Positions 29,926 through 40,430 of a stretch of 64,000 nucleotides of DNA are shown piece after piece. The notes beneath the pieces were generated by a model. It was given only the letters and a program-made list of their open reading frames with translations, made no database searches and had not been told where the DNA came from. Origin of the DNA: a virus (lineage: Duplodnaviria; Caudoviricetes); the IMG/VR virus record IMGVR_UViG_3300013383_000002, positions 57,437-121,436 of that record. One strand, 5' to 3'. How positions within the stretch are numbered: position 1 is the first letter of the stretch; the number at the start of each line of letters is the position of its first letter. The translations under genes and the position numbers were made by a program.

Positions 29926-30013
29926 AAAACCAGCACCGAACTTCCTGCGGCGCTGTTTTCATATGTCGTAGGGAGAGGGCGTAAGTCCTCTCCTTATTTT
30001 ATGGAGTGATACA

Positions 30014-31687
30014 ATGGCAAGTCAATCCGTTTACTGGAAGAAATATGATAGGTCAAAAATTTTTTCTCAAATGGATGTTTTCTATAATTATCTTGGAGAC
30101 GACCCCGCGCGCCCAAAATTGGCAGCTCTAAAATGGATGGCGGAAGATAGTTTTGGACGTCATTTGAATCAAATAAGGACAATCTCAAAGAACGTTGAGC
30201 CGTATCGGCGCATCGCTGAGGCAGAAAAAGAAAAAGAATTAGCGCTTTTGCGCGAAGTGTTCGGTCAAGACCTTCATATAAATCTTCAAGATAAAAATGA
30301 TGTGAAGATGCTGATTGACGCTTTGAATAGCGTTCTGAACATAAAAGATGTATATGAAAGAAATTTGAGGACTTTAGAACTTTCAAAGGGTGGCGCAAAA
30401 AGCGTTATTTCTTTTTTCCCTACTTATTTTCTTCAAGTGTGGGGCGAACAATGGGAAGACATATACTCCGCTACCTGCGAAACCTTTTCAAAGGGTGGAA
30501 TAACAGTAGAAAACGCATTGAAAAAGGAAATCAACAGTAGGATAGATGGTATTACTATTGAGGCCATTGAGAGAATGTTGAGTGCCAAAGCTGAGATGAA
30601 AGGAATGCGCGAATATGATAAATACAATGGGGCTTACCGTGAGCTTTTAGAAGCAATAAGAAGTGTTCCAAAATATCGTAATGAAATTTTAGAAAGAATT
30701 CGTTCTATTTATCAATTAGACAAGATAAGTGAAGATATTTCAAATCAATTGAAAGGAAAAGGCAAAGCAGTAACACGAAGTCAAATTAGTAAAAAGCTGA
30801 AGACTTCAACCAAAAAGCCAATATCAGTCCAATCAGCCTCGCGTGGAGGATTGACATTGGAGGCTATTGAGAAGATGATTTTCAATCTGGTAGGAGATAG
30901 AGTTGAGGTAGGTCGTGCGGTTCATACCGGCCAAATAGGAAATATGAAAGCGGACAATATTCTTACCATTGGAATCGATAGCGGAATTATTGAAGAATGG
31001 CTAGAAGAAATGGCTTATACTTCTGGCTCATCGCGCGCGGATAATATTGAAAGAATTCGGCAGCTCCAAGAATTGACACAGCACGCCGATCGAGGATTTA
31101 TTGTCTATTCTAGTGATAAGAATTATACATTGAACCAAAGATTTCGTGATCAATTTGGTTTTTCAGCTGGTTCTGCGATATCCGCCCAGTCATTTTATGA
31201 TGTTACGCGCAACATAAACAAAAATGCGCGCACTTTCACTGGACTTCTTGTCAATACCATCAGTGGTGCTATCATGGATAATGAAGGAGTGCGCGATCAT
31301 CTGGCCAATACTATCGCAGAAGACATTGCCGCAATGCTTTTTGATGATTACCAGACAATTGGTGATTTTAGAGGGAATACCGGTGCGCGCGCTATACACA
31401 TAATGAATTTGGGTAATATAATGATACCACTTTCGGTTTTTCTAACAATGTTTGCTAACGCAGTCGAGCGGGCGAAAAGTGACCCAGAAGACTTCGTAAA
31501 GGTTGCTATCATGATACCTGAAATTGAATTCAAAACATATTCACAGCAGTTGGAGTGGCAAATAAGAAAAGGAGCCACACCATCCGATGCTTGGAGCTAT
31601 CAGCGCACTCAGGCTCTCCAAAAAACTCGTATTTCTATAAATTTCTTCCGCGAATTTCGCTCATTTCTTCTAAGTCTAGGACAATAA
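30014..31687 (+). CDS. hypothetical protein, 557 aa
   Basis: long ORF; no motif recognised. Confidence 0.75.
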   Translation: MASQSVYWKKYDRSKIFSQMDVFYNYLGDDPARPKLAALKWMAEDSFGRHLNQIRTISKNVEPYRRIAEAEKEKELALLREVFGQDLHINLQDKNDVKMLIDALNSVLNIKDVYERNLRTLELSKGGAKSVISFFPTYFLQVWGEQWEDIYSATCETFSKGGITVENALKKEINSRIDGITIEAIERMLSAKAEMKGMREYDKYNGAYRELLEAIRSVPKYRNEILERIRSIYQLDKISEDISNQLKGKGKAVTRSQISKKLKTSTKKPISVQSASRGGLTLEAIEKMIFNLVGDRVEVGRAVHTGQIGNMKADNILTIGIDSGIIEEWLEEMAYTSGSSRADNIERIRQLQELTQHADRGFIVYSSDKNYTLNQRFRDQFGFSAGSAISAQSFYDVTRNINKNARTFTGLLVNTISGAIMDNEGVRDHLANTIAEDIAAMLFDDYQTIGDFRGNTGARAIHIMNLGNIMIPLSVFLTMFANAVERAKSDPEDFVKVAIMIPEIEFKTYSQQLEWQIRKGATPSDAWSYQRTQALQKTRISINFFREFRSFLLSLGQ

Positions 31688-31748
31688 TTTGAAATTCAAA
31701 AAAATTTGTGGTATAATATTTCCAGAAAATAAAAAGGAGAAAAGTACC

Positions 31749-32405
31749 ATGAAGCCTTCTTTTGAATTAGTTCGTTCTATTATTGAAGAGTTAGAAGAAG
31801 AGACCGAATTTGGACGTCTTTATGATTATGCGCTTCTTGGCGCGACTGATATTAGCAGTTGGATTTATGAAGTCGAAGATTTCTCTGATCTTGTACTAAA
31901 ACATGGCTGTACTAAGATTGTTGTAGAAAGTCCGAAAATTAGCGAATGGGTTTTGAAAATCCCTAGAATTACAAAGACTGATGAAAATTATTGCGAGACT
32001 GAAGTAAATAATTACAAGTTGGCTTGTAAAATGGGGCTTGAGAAATTTTTTGCGCCAACTTTTTTCTTTTGTAATGTTGATAATATTCCTATTTATATTC
32101 AGAAGAAAGTTTTTTGTTGTGAAGGGGATGTTAGTGAAAGTTTCTATCTCTGGATGGAGAAGCAAATGATCGAAGAACGATACAACTATGAGACAGATGA
32201 TGAATTTGATGATGCTGTCTATAGTGCTTCGCAAGAGCTTAGTCTTCAGGAAACACTGCGCGCGATGTTTGAAGAGACCGATGAATGGAATACTATTGAT
32301 GATCTTTTCTGTTTTTGTAATCGATATCATATCAATGACCTTCATTCCGGAAATTTTGGATATGATAACGGGCGCGCGATTATTATCGACTTTTCTGGAT
32401 TTTAA
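31749..32405 (+). CDS. protein kinase-like fold protein
   Basis: VLKIP, conserved Glu, DLHSGN, IIDF. Confidence 0.65.
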   Translation: MKPSFELVRSIIEELEEETEFGRLYDYALLGATDISSWIYEVEDFSDLVLKHGCTKIVVESPKISEWVLKIPRITKTDENYCETEVNNYKLACKMGLEKFFAPTFFFCNVDNIPIYIQKKVFCCEGDVSESFYLWMEKQMIEERYNYETDDEFDDAVYSASQELSLQETLRAMFEETDEWNTIDDLFCFCNRYHINDLHSGNFGYDNGRAIIIDFSGF

Positions 32406-32483
32406 TTCTTTTGAGAGACTTAATCCTAAAACTACTTTAGACTAGGCTCTACCATCTCGCAAAAAAAAGAAAAAGGAGGAAAA

Positions 32484-33035
32484 ATGAAAGTAAGAAAGTT
32501 TTTTATTGCTTTTCTACTTTCTTTTCTTCTCTTCTCTAATGTACACGCGTTCAATCTCAATAGCTTTGATAAGGTTGGCGCGCGTCTCGCAGTTACGCAA
32601 TATGAACTATTAAAAGTTTCTAACGAAGTTATTTTGAAAACTTTTCAAATCCCCAGCGTCCCTGCGAATGGAGAAATGCCAAAGAGCGGGGAAGAAATAG
32701 AGAAAGAAGAAAGTGAAATTGAAATTCTAGCAAAATTACTGTTTTGTGAAGCTGGCGCGACATCTTGGGATTGTCAGGTTTATGTTTGCTCGGCCATTCT
32801 AAATTTGGTCGACTACACGGGTCGCTCAATTTGGGATATCGCGCACGATATCAACACAATGGCAGTTGCGCCATATGTTGATTATGTATCACCACTTCCA
32901 ACGCAGTATAATGTAATTGATTATGTTATGGACGAAGGAAGAATTGAAGGAGTAACATTCTTTAGAACAGATTATTACCATCCTTTTGGGACTCCAGTCT
33001 GTTCAATTGAAAATGTTTATTTTTCTGCTCCTTGA
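32484..33035 (+). CDS. SleB-like cell wall hydrolase with signal peptide
   Basis: ILAKLLFCEAG...SAILN pattern; hydrophobic N-terminus. Confidence 0.65.
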   Translation: MKVRKFFIAFLLSFLLFSNVHAFNLNSFDKVGARLAVTQYELLKVSNEVILKTFQIPSVPANGEMPKSGEEIEKEESEIEILAKLLFCEAGATSWDCQVYVCSAILNLVDYTGRSIWDIAHDINTMAVAPYVDYVSPLPTQYNVIDYVMDEGRIEGVTFFRTDYYHPFGTPVCSIENVYFSAP

Positions 33036-33046
33036 GAGGAGGGATA

Positions 33047-33796
33047 ATGAATACAATAATTTTGCCACATGGTAATGGCGCACCCTCTTTGGCTAATTTG
33101 CCAAATTATGGATTAGGAGTGGATACAAAAAATTATCTACTTTACTATCGTAATAATAATGTAATAGTTCCAATCAGCGCTCCTACACAAATTTTTGTTT
33201 CTGGTAGTGAACCTACCAGTGATAAAGATATGATTTGGTTTGATGATAGCGCGCAAGAAGAAGTTTATTTTATGAAAATAAAGAAAGCCGGTAGTTCTGA
33301 TTGGTATACCCCGCTAACCCACCTGGATACTGGAACGACCGGCATTCTGAAGACAAACAAGGGCGGAACTGGCAAAAGTTCTTGGACGGCTAGTCAGCTA
33401 GTCTATGCCCCAAACGCTAATTCTCTTGGTCAAATTACAAATGCTGTTGGTGCTCTTTATTATGATGGCAGTGGGACACCAAAATTTGGGACTTTACCTT
33501 TGACAAAAGGTGGTACCGGCGCAACTTCTAAGAGTGGAGCACAGAAGAGCTTGGGTATCCAATATGGTACGGCTAGTATTACTACTAGAACTTCTGGTGC
33601 GAATTCAACAGTGAATGTAACCTTCCCGACTGCGTATTCTTCTGTACCAAAAGTAATCGTCAGCCAAGTATTCAATGATAAGAATATTGTGGTGTTGAAA
33701 GAAAACGTGAGCGCAACTGGTTTCACTGCTACTCTTGAAAGCGGTTTTTCAAGTGTAGTTACAAGAGAATTTGATTGGATTGCTATTTCTAGCTAA
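33047..33796 (+). CDS. tail fibre-like protein
   Basis: KGGTG repeats; C-terminal VTFPTAYSSVPKV...TGFT...WIAI (H-lectin/gp53-like). Confidence 0.7.
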   Translation: MNTIILPHGNGAPSLANLPNYGLGVDTKNYLLYYRNNNVIVPISAPTQIFVSGSEPTSDKDMIWFDDSAQEEVYFMKIKKAGSSDWYTPLTHLDTGTTGILKTNKGGTGKSSWTASQLVYAPNANSLGQITNAVGALYYDGSGTPKFGTLPLTKGGTGATSKSGAQKSLGIQYGTASITTRTSGANSTVNVTFPTAYSSVPKVIVSQVFNDKNIVVLKENVSATGFTATLESGFSSVVTREFDWIAISS

Positions 33797-33844
33797 AAGG
33801 AGGCGAGAACAATTTCTACTACAACTACTACTTCTAATTTTGTT

Positions 33845-34927
33845 GTGAATAAGTTTCCAGATAGAGATACTTATCAGAAGATAAAGGATAAACATTTATT
33901 GGGCGCAGATGACATCAACGTCTTGGAAGATTATCCGGGATTAGAATGGAAGGGTGAATACTCTGAGACAGTAACTTATTATAAGGGCGCGATTATCTTT
34001 TATGAGAATGGCCTTTATGTAATGACCAGTTATGGCGCTACCGGTGCTATTCCTGGTTTTGATGAAGAGTGGGAACTTTTTGGTAAATATGGTGTTACAG
34101 AGGATGATATAAAGACAGGACTTGGATATACTCCGGCTGATAGCACAAAATATCTTCCACTAATTGGAGGCACTCTTACTGGTAATTTGACTGGTAAATA
34201 TATTACCGGAACTTGGCTTCAAGCAACAGGAGCTGGCCATCTGGCTACTGTGCCTGAAAAAATTCCTGTTTTTGATAGTGCAGGCTGGATTTATTATAGA
34301 ACCCCATCTGAGCTTTTGAGCGATATCGGTGGGAGTTCGGGATATACCTTGACGGAAGATGATAAGACAGAAATAGCGGGGAAAGTTGCCGAAGACGGTG
34401 TTGAATTTACTTTAGTTGATATGCCTACCGGATCAGGACTCCCGACTAGTACAACGAGCGATGCGGGGAAGCTGCTGCAGGTCGGCGCGGACGGCACGGC
34501 CGAGTGGGGCGACAAGCTGCCGACGGCGCTGAAAAACCCAAAGACACTGACATTTACGGGGGCGGCGACGGGGACCTACGACGGCTCTGCGGCGCTGACG
34601 GTAAACATTCCGACGGGCGGGTCTTCCGGCGGCTCCGGCGGGTCGCTGAAGGCGTTGAGCCGCGTGTCCTCGTACATCGGCATCCCGGCGGCGGACCTGC
34701 CGGAAAACGGCGTTGTGTGGGTGAGCTTCGGGGCGGGCGAAAACATGGAGCTGTACACCGGCACGATCACGATACAGGACGCCGGAATCGCGACGAGCGA
34801 CATGCTTGCGATCACAAACGGGACGGTAAACCCGCTCAATCAGGTCGCGTGGGTCAGCGACGGAATCGCATTTTACGGGATGACGACGTCGAACTACCGC
34901 GGCGTGTACATGGTCGTAAGCGGATAG
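33845..34927 (+). CDS. tail fibre-like protein, chimeric in base composition
   Basis: WKGEYS, LGYTP, YLPLIGGTLTG, LKNP...YDGS motifs; GC jump near 34455. Confidence 0.7.
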   Translation: MNKFPDRDTYQKIKDKHLLGADDINVLEDYPGLEWKGEYSETVTYYKGAIIFYENGLYVMTSYGATGAIPGFDEEWELFGKYGVTEDDIKTGLGYTPADSTKYLPLIGGTLTGNLTGKYITGTWLQATGAGHLATVPEKIPVFDSAGWIYYRTPSELLSDIGGSSGYTLTEDDKTEIAGKVAEDGVEFTLVDMPTGSGLPTSTTSDAGKLLQVGADGTAEWGDKLPTALKNPKTLTFTGAATGTYDGSAALTVNIPTGGSSGGSGGSLKALSRVSSYIGIPAADLPENGVVWVSFGAGENMELYTGTITIQDAGIATSDMLAITNGTVNPLNQVAWVSDGIAFYGMTTSNYRGVYMVVSG

Positions 34928-34935
34928 GAGGGCAT

Positions 34936-35475
34936 ATGGGCATCACAAAACTCAAGGATATCGACACGAGCGGCCTGAGCGAGGCCGACCTGCAGACGCT
35001 GCAGGCGACGGAGGCGCGATACGAGGCTGCAGAAAAGCACCGGCCGCTGACGGTCGGCGAGGTTGCCGGGATGCTGATCCGGCAGCAGATCAACACGCTG
35101 GCGGTGGACGACCAGACGGCGCTGCGGATGATCGAGTTTTATCCGGCGTGGAAGAGCGGCAAGGCCTACGCAGCGGGCGACAAGTTTGTCTCCGGCGGCA
35201 AGCTCTACAAGGTGCTGCAGGCGCACACGTCGCAGGAGACGTGGGTGCCGGGCGCAGCGGGGACGGAGAGTCTGTACGAGCGCATCGACGAGGAGCACGA
35301 CGGTACAAAGTACGATCCGATCCCCTACGACGGAAACATGGCGCTCGAAAACGGCAAGTATTACACGCAGGGCGGCGTGCTGTACCACTGCACGCGCGAC
35401 ACCGGTAATCCCGTCTACAACGCGCTGAGCGAGCTTGTGGGCATCTACGTGGAGGTGGTCAGCGATGGCGACTAA
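34936..35475 (+). CDS. protein with carbohydrate-binding (CBM5/12-like) module
   Basis: YPAWKSGKAYAAGD...GKLYKVLQAHTSQ..W; ATG after GGAGG. Confidence 0.7.
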   Translation: MGITKLKDIDTSGLSEADLQTLQATEARYEAAEKHRPLTVGEVAGMLIRQQINTLAVDDQTALRMIEFYPAWKSGKAYAAGDKFVSGGKLYKVLQAHTSQETWVPGAAGTESLYERIDEEHDGTKYDPIPYDGNMALENGKYYTQGGVLYHCTRDTGNPVYNALSELVGIYVEVVSDGD

Positions 35476-36478
35476 GGTGCTGGTCAAGGACGGGAAGCTT
35501 GCGACGTATGGGGGTAAGGTCGTGGAGGTGGAGGCCGGGGCAGATATCGGCCTCGGGATCACAGGCGCAGCAGCCGGGAAGCTGGTAAAAATTGTAACAG
35601 TCGACGAAAACGGCGTCCCGACAAAGCTGGGCACGGGGAGCGCAGTGCTCGCCGCCGCTCCGGCGTTTGCCGCAAGCGTCGCGGCGATGACGGACACGAG
35701 CAAGGTGTACATCGGGGCCAATGGGCATCTGTGGGCCTATCAGCAGTCGACCGAGCAGCAGGCAGCTGCAGAGAATGTTTTTTCAAAGTCCGGCGTGCAG
35801 CTCAACATGCGGCTAAAGACAAACGGCGTAGCTACTGGCGCGCAGGACGGCATGGCGATCTCCGACTTTATTCCGGTGGACCTCAGCACAGACCCGTTCT
35901 GGGTCTGGTTCAAGGGTTGGAATCTGAAGGCTTCGGAAGGATGGAGCTTATACACCAAGGTGTATTATTACGATTCTAGTAAAGCGTGCCTCGGTGGCTA
36001 CGACATGAGCGTCCCGCCCGCGACGCTGAATTACATCAACATGATCGACGATGGGGATTACAAAAAGTTTAAGGCGGGGTATGCGGAGACAACTGCTATG
36101 GATGCGTCCACTGAGGCAAAACTGAGCTTTTACTCCAATATCAAGTACATCCGTTTTAACATGCTCGTGGTCCCCGGCAGCACCAGTCCCGCAGCGGCGA
36201 CGGAGTCGAATCTGGATGGGATCGGAATCTATCTCAACCAGAACCCGAACGAGACGTCCGAAGTGGTGACGAACGCATGGGCAGATACCGGCATTACCTA
36301 CGCGCAGACGGCGCTGACGCAGGCGGACAAGGAAGCGATTGCCGAGATCGTGCTGGAGCAGCTGGGCAGTCCTTACGTCACGGCCGCCAATGTGTTGGGA
36401 ATGCCGGAGAGCGGGACAATCGTGTATGCGGATGCAAGCGGTGTGCTCCCCGATGCGGAGCCGATCGGGGAGGTATAG
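35465..36478 (+). CDS. hypothetical structural/fibre-like protein
   Basis: coupled ORF in the GC island. Confidence 0.65.
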   Translation: MATKVLVKDGKLATYGGKVVEVEAGADIGLGITGAAAGKLVKIVTVDENGVPTKLGTGSAVLAAAPAFAASVAAMTDTSKVYIGANGHLWAYQQSTEQQAAAENVFSKSGVQLNMRLKTNGVATGAQDGMAISDFIPVDLSTDPFWVWFKGWNLKASEGWSLYTKVYYYDSSKACLGGYDMSVPPATLNYINMIDDGDYKKFKAGYAETTAMDASTEAKLSFYSNIKYIRFNMLVVPGSTSPAAATESNLDGIGIYLNQNPNETSEVVTNAWADTGITYAQTALTQADKEAIAEIVLEQLGSPYVTAANVLGMPESGTIVYADASGVLPDAEPIGEV

Positions 36479-36479
36479 C

Positions 36480-37604
36480 ATGGCGTATGTGTACAAAGGC
36501 CTTATCCCAGAAAATATAGCCCCGCCGGGGGCGACGGGGCTGCGGCTTACGAACAAGCGGGGGACTGCGGTCGCCTCGTCGAAGCTGCCGCAGCGGATGA
36601 AATATCCAAGCAGCGGACGGCAGTATAGCTTCCTCGCGTTGTCGGATGTGCATATCACATACAACACAGCGGCAGAGGACTTCCAACGCGCGCTGCAATT
36701 CGCGGAAAACAACGACGTCAAATTTACCTGCATCTGCGGGGACCTGACTGACTATGGAACACCGGCCCAAATGAGCCAATACAAGGCGATCGTCGACGCA
36801 AACGCGCCAACAAAGCCGGTGTATGCGATCGCTGGGAACCACGAAACAATCAACGCGGCAGTTGTGGACAGTTATATCCAGCAATATACCGGTAAACCTC
36901 TGTACTACTCCTTCGGCGTCGGTGCGGACGGTGCGCTGAAAGAAAATGACTTTTCGCACGCCGTGAAAACCTACGGTGATACCGTGCAGGATGTTTTTGT
37001 GATGGTCGGAAATTACGCCTGCTATGACCAGACGGTAAAGGATTTCCTGCCGGGGGAACAGTTTTCAACGGCGGAACTGCAATGGCTGTACGAGACGCTG
37101 GAGGCAAATAGGAGCAAGCGCTGCATCGTGTTTCAGCACATCTTCCCATGGGGCGGAGTCGGGAATGCCGGGGGCTATTACAAGTCCAATTTCTGGCGGG
37201 GGAGCACCGAGGGTACACAAAAACAAGCGAATTGTTTCGAAGCACTCATGAAGCACTACAAGAACGTGATCTGGTTCCACGGGCATTCCCACCTGAAATT
37301 TTATCTGCAGGAGATCGACAAAAGGGCAAATTATTCCGCCGAAGATGGCTACCGCTCCGTACACATCCCGTCACTGTCCGTACCGCGGGATATCCAGAGC
37401 GGCGCGCTTACGACGATCTACGCAGACTCCGAGGGTTATCAGATCGATGTTTTTGCGGGCAATCTGGTGCTGCGGGGACGAGACTTTATCGACAACGGCA
37501 ACGACGGGACATGGCTGCCGATCGCGACGTACAAGATCGATACGCCAATCACAGAGGTATCCGCCGGAACCTTTACAGACCCGTCTGGGATCATCACGAC
37601 ATAG
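36480..37604 (+). CDS. calcineurin-like metallophosphoesterase
   Basis: SDVH, GDLTD, GNHE, FQH, HGHSH. Confidence 0.85.
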   Translation: MAYVYKGLIPENIAPPGATGLRLTNKRGTAVASSKLPQRMKYPSSGRQYSFLALSDVHITYNTAAEDFQRALQFAENNDVKFTCICGDLTDYGTPAQMSQYKAIVDANAPTKPVYAIAGNHETINAAVVDSYIQQYTGKPLYYSFGVGADGALKENDFSHAVKTYGDTVQDVFVMVGNYACYDQTVKDFLPGEQFSTAELQWLYETLEANRSKRCIVFQHIFPWGGVGNAGGYYKSNFWRGSTEGTQKQANCFEALMKHYKNVIWFHGHSHLKFYLQEIDKRANYSAEDGYRSVHIPSLSVPRDIQSGALTTIYADSEGYQIDVFAGNLVLRGRDFIDNGNDGTWLPIATYKIDTPITEVSAGTFTDPSGIITT

Positions 37605-37860
37605 GAGGCCAAGCATGATCTACTTTGTACCGGGGATGTACATCGAGGAGGGGATGCGGTACACCGATGGGGTGCGGCGGTATATCGCGATCCGGTCTGG
37701 GCAGGCGGAGAGCCTTACACCTTTCAATGAGTGTAGCAGGTGCCGTAACTATTGATAGTTCTTCAATCGTACCAGCTAGTTCTCTTTCAATTGTTGCAAG
37801 CGCAACGAATGAATAAAATCACTTATTTCTTATAGAATAATTTTGAAGGAGTTGAAAATT

Positions 37861-38736
37861 TTGGAACTCGAAAATAAAGAAATTATCAATTTTGCAGAGC
37901 GCAATAATTTCAAAGCATCTCCCCTGGTTTTGGATACAGTGATAAACCAAAATTCTTTGGGGGGGGGCGCGGATTGGCTAGAAAATAACCCGGAAGCGAA
38001 AAGTTATATAAAAAATAGAACACATTGGAAAGAGCATGAAGATAGGATTCTAATTGAGGACGAAGAGGTGGTTTTTACTCCTATGCCAGATGAGGACTGG
38101 GAAAAAAAACCAGAAAGAGGGCGATATATAACTTGTTATCTTTCTTTTTCCGCCACTGAAATTGACTTCCGTTATTCTGATTTTGAAATTGCGGTAGATG
38201 GAGTTATTTGTTATACCGAAGAAAAAGAAAGGAGTTCTGGTCAAATCAAATTGAGGGTCCTTCTACCAACTGAAGAGATGGTACAAGTTATCATTTACAA
38301 GGCGCCCTGCGGCGGCGGGTATGGGATAAACATCGACCGCTATAATAACCTTTCAGGAAATTTTACTATTACCATAAAAGAAAAAATTCCTATCTATTTC
38401 CCAATTGATGATAATTATTTGGTTTCAAAACTTTCCGTTTTCACGGTTGAGCTAGATGATTCTGATATAATAAACGTACCTTTGAACTTTCGTAATGGTA
38501 TTATTTTTTGTGTCACAAAAAAAAATCCTAATAATTATCACTGCGCCAGTATCTATGCAATCCATTTTGGCTCAGACGTGTACAATGACCCGCCGCGATC
38601 CCTGTGCTCTTTATCAGATGGAAAGATTATTGAAAGTACCTCAGTTCTATTTCCCACCTGTGCTCTTATCTATGTGGATGGTAATCGAACATGTTATCTA
38701 ATAAATCCGCTTCAGGATGCGTCATCTACTACCTAA
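37861..38736 (+). CDS. fibre-like hypothetical protein with internal G9 tract
   Basis: DWLENNPEAKSYIKNR motif shared with 49095-50120; G9 at 37959-37967. Confidence 0.6.
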   Translation: MELENKEIINFAERNNFKASPLVLDTVINQNSLGGGADWLENNPEAKSYIKNRTHWKEHEDRILIEDEEVVFTPMPDEDWEKKPERGRYITCYLSFSATEIDFRYSDFEIAVDGVICYTEEKERSSGQIKLRVLLPTEEMVQVIIYKAPCGGGYGINIDRYNNLSGNFTITIKEKIPIYFPIDDNYLVSKLSVFTVELDDSDIINVPLNFRNGIIFCVTKKNPNNYHCASIYAIHFGSDVYNDPPRSLCSLSDGKIIESTSVLFPTCALIYVDGNRTCYLINPLQDASSTT

Positions 38737-39326
38737 TGGCTACACCAGCTCGCGCGAAAAATGTCACTTTTCTAACATCCCAGATCCCAGAAATGAATGT
38801 GGTTTGGGATGATCGTCCCAATGGAGGAGATGCCATGTATACCGCGCGAAAGGCTTGGTTGGCGCCATTCCAAGAGGATGAGACTCATCGCCTAGTTCTT
38901 CAAGATGACGTTATCCTTTGTAGGAACTTTAAATCTATTATCAATAAAATAATAGAAGCTCAACCAGAATATCCAATAACTCTTTTGAGTTTCTATAACA
39001 ATCCAGTAAAATTCCAGACTTCGCCTTATTATCGCACCAATCATCTTCATGGGCCGGGAATTATTCTTCCAAGAAAGTTTATAAAACCATGCTTTGATTG
39101 GATAGATACTCAAACTAATGAAGTTCTTTTACCTCATGATGATTTGATGATAACTGAATATTTTCGGTCCCATCATATTCCAATGCTAACCGTATTTCCA
39201 AATATTATTCAGCATCCCGATAATGATACTTTACTCCCATATACTTATAGTTGGAAAAGAACCACCCCATGGTTTGAGGAAGAACCAATAGCTAATTGGG
39301 AGACAAAAGAAATCCAGAAAATTTGA
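38691..39326 (+). CDS. glycosyltransferase-like protein
   Basis: HRLVLQDDVILC, DDLMI, PNIIQH. Confidence 0.6.
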   Translation: MLSNKSASGCVIYYLMATPARAKNVTFLTSQIPEMNVVWDDRPNGGDAMYTARKAWLAPFQEDETHRLVLQDDVILCRNFKSIINKIIEAQPEYPITLLSFYNNPVKFQTSPYYRTNHLHGPGIILPRKFIKPCFDWIDTQTNEVLLPHDDLMITEYFRSHHIPMLTVFPNIIQHPDNDTLLPYTYSWKRTTPWFEEEPIANWETKEIQKI

Positions 39327-39379
39327 AAAATCCCCAAATCTATGATATACTATTTATAGAAAAATGAAAAGAAAGGAGT

Positions 39380-40144
39380 GTGAAAAACTTGGCAAAAGCT
39401 AATGAGATCATCGCTCTAGCAAAAACTTATGTTGGGACAAAAGAAAATCCAGCTAATTCCAACAATGTAATCTTCAATACCCACTACTACGGACGCGAAG
39501 TTTACGATGGCCTTTGGGGTTGCCAATTTCCTTGGTGCGCGACCTTTGTTTGGGATATTTTCCGAATGGCCGGAGCGTCAGACCTCTTTTACTATGGAAA
39601 AAAGACTGCTAGTTGCTTTGCTATTCAATCGTGGGGTCAGCAGCAGAAACTCCAAGTAAGCCGAGATAGCGGCCAATGCGGTGACATCGTTCTTTTTGAT
39701 TGGAACGCGAACGCGCAACCTGACCATGTTGGACTAATCATCGCGCGCAATGATGATGGAAGTTATCAGACTATTGAGGGTAATACTTCAGTTAGTAGCA
39801 ACTCCAATGGCGGAGAAGTTCAAATTAGAACTCGCCCAAAGTCCTCAATTATGATGATCATTCGGCCAAAGTATGAGGTGGAAACCGCCCCAACTCCAAC
39901 ACCCGTAAAGGAGGAGACAGTAAAAGTGGAACTACCAATTCTAAAGAAGGGCAGTAAGAGCAAGTCCGTTCACGCTGCTATGGTTCTGATGAAGGATAAG
40001 GGATACTATCCGTATACAATTCCAGCCTGGGACAATTTGTTTGGCGACAAAATGGAAGAGGGCGTAAAGAAGATGCAAAAGGAACATAATCTTGGCGTTG
40101 ATGGTATCATCGGCGCGAACTCCTGGAATTTCCTTCTAAAGTAA
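39380..40144 (+). CDS. endolysin: CHAP amidase plus peptidoglycan-binding domain
   Basis: PWCATFV, GDIVLF, HVGLI, IEGNT; C-terminal LKKGS...VDGIIG..SW. Confidence 0.88.
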   Translation: MKNLAKANEIIALAKTYVGTKENPANSNNVIFNTHYYGREVYDGLWGCQFPWCATFVWDIFRMAGASDLFYYGKKTASCFAIQSWGQQQKLQVSRDSGQCGDIVLFDWNANAQPDHVGLIIARNDDGSYQTIEGNTSVSSNSNGGEVQIRTRPKSSIMMIIRPKYEVETAPTPTPVKEETVKVELPILKKGSKSKSVHAAMVLMKDKGYYPYTIPAWDNLFGDKMEEGVKKMQKEHNLGVDGIIGANSWNFLLK

Positions 40145-40153
40145 ATATAAGAA

Positions 40154-40185
40154 AAGCCCCGAAGACTTAGTTGTCTTCGGGGTTT
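40154..40185. terminator. bidirectional terminator
   Basis: CCCCGAAGAC/GTCTTCGGGG hairpin between convergent genes. Confidence 0.7.
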
Positions 40186-40430
40186 ATTTTATTCCATAAC
40201 TCATCCATTTTATCTACGGAGCAATAATCAACCCAAAACCAATGAAAGATGAGGTCAATTGCGCGCTCTGTGTCTGGAAAATTCTCAGCAACTCGGCGCA
40301 CCATTTGATCAGCGAATTCTTCGATGGGTGTTTCGTAGAGGTTTAGGTGGGTTTCGTTTGCTACACATTCTATCCAGAGATAAAAGGAGTAGATATCTTG
40401 GATGATGGAGAAAAATTTGTCTTTTGTCAT
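40167..40430 (-). CDS. hypothetical protein
   Basis: coupled to upstream gene. Confidence 0.55.
   Translation of the reverse strand: MTKDKFFSIIQDIYSFYLWIECVANETHLNLYETPIEEFADQMVRRVAENFPDTERAIDLIFHWFWVDYCSVDKMDELWNKINPEDN

Larger units (their letters stand above)
34455..37720 (+). mobile_element. high-GC imported segment
   Basis: abrupt switch to GC-ending codons and TAG stops; both edges fall inside ORFs. Confidence 0.75.

Noticed and set aside
34504-37755. Numerous overlapping alternative-frame ORFs in the GC island
   Set aside because: Expected from the low stop-codon frequency; one RBS-supported coupled gene set explains the region.
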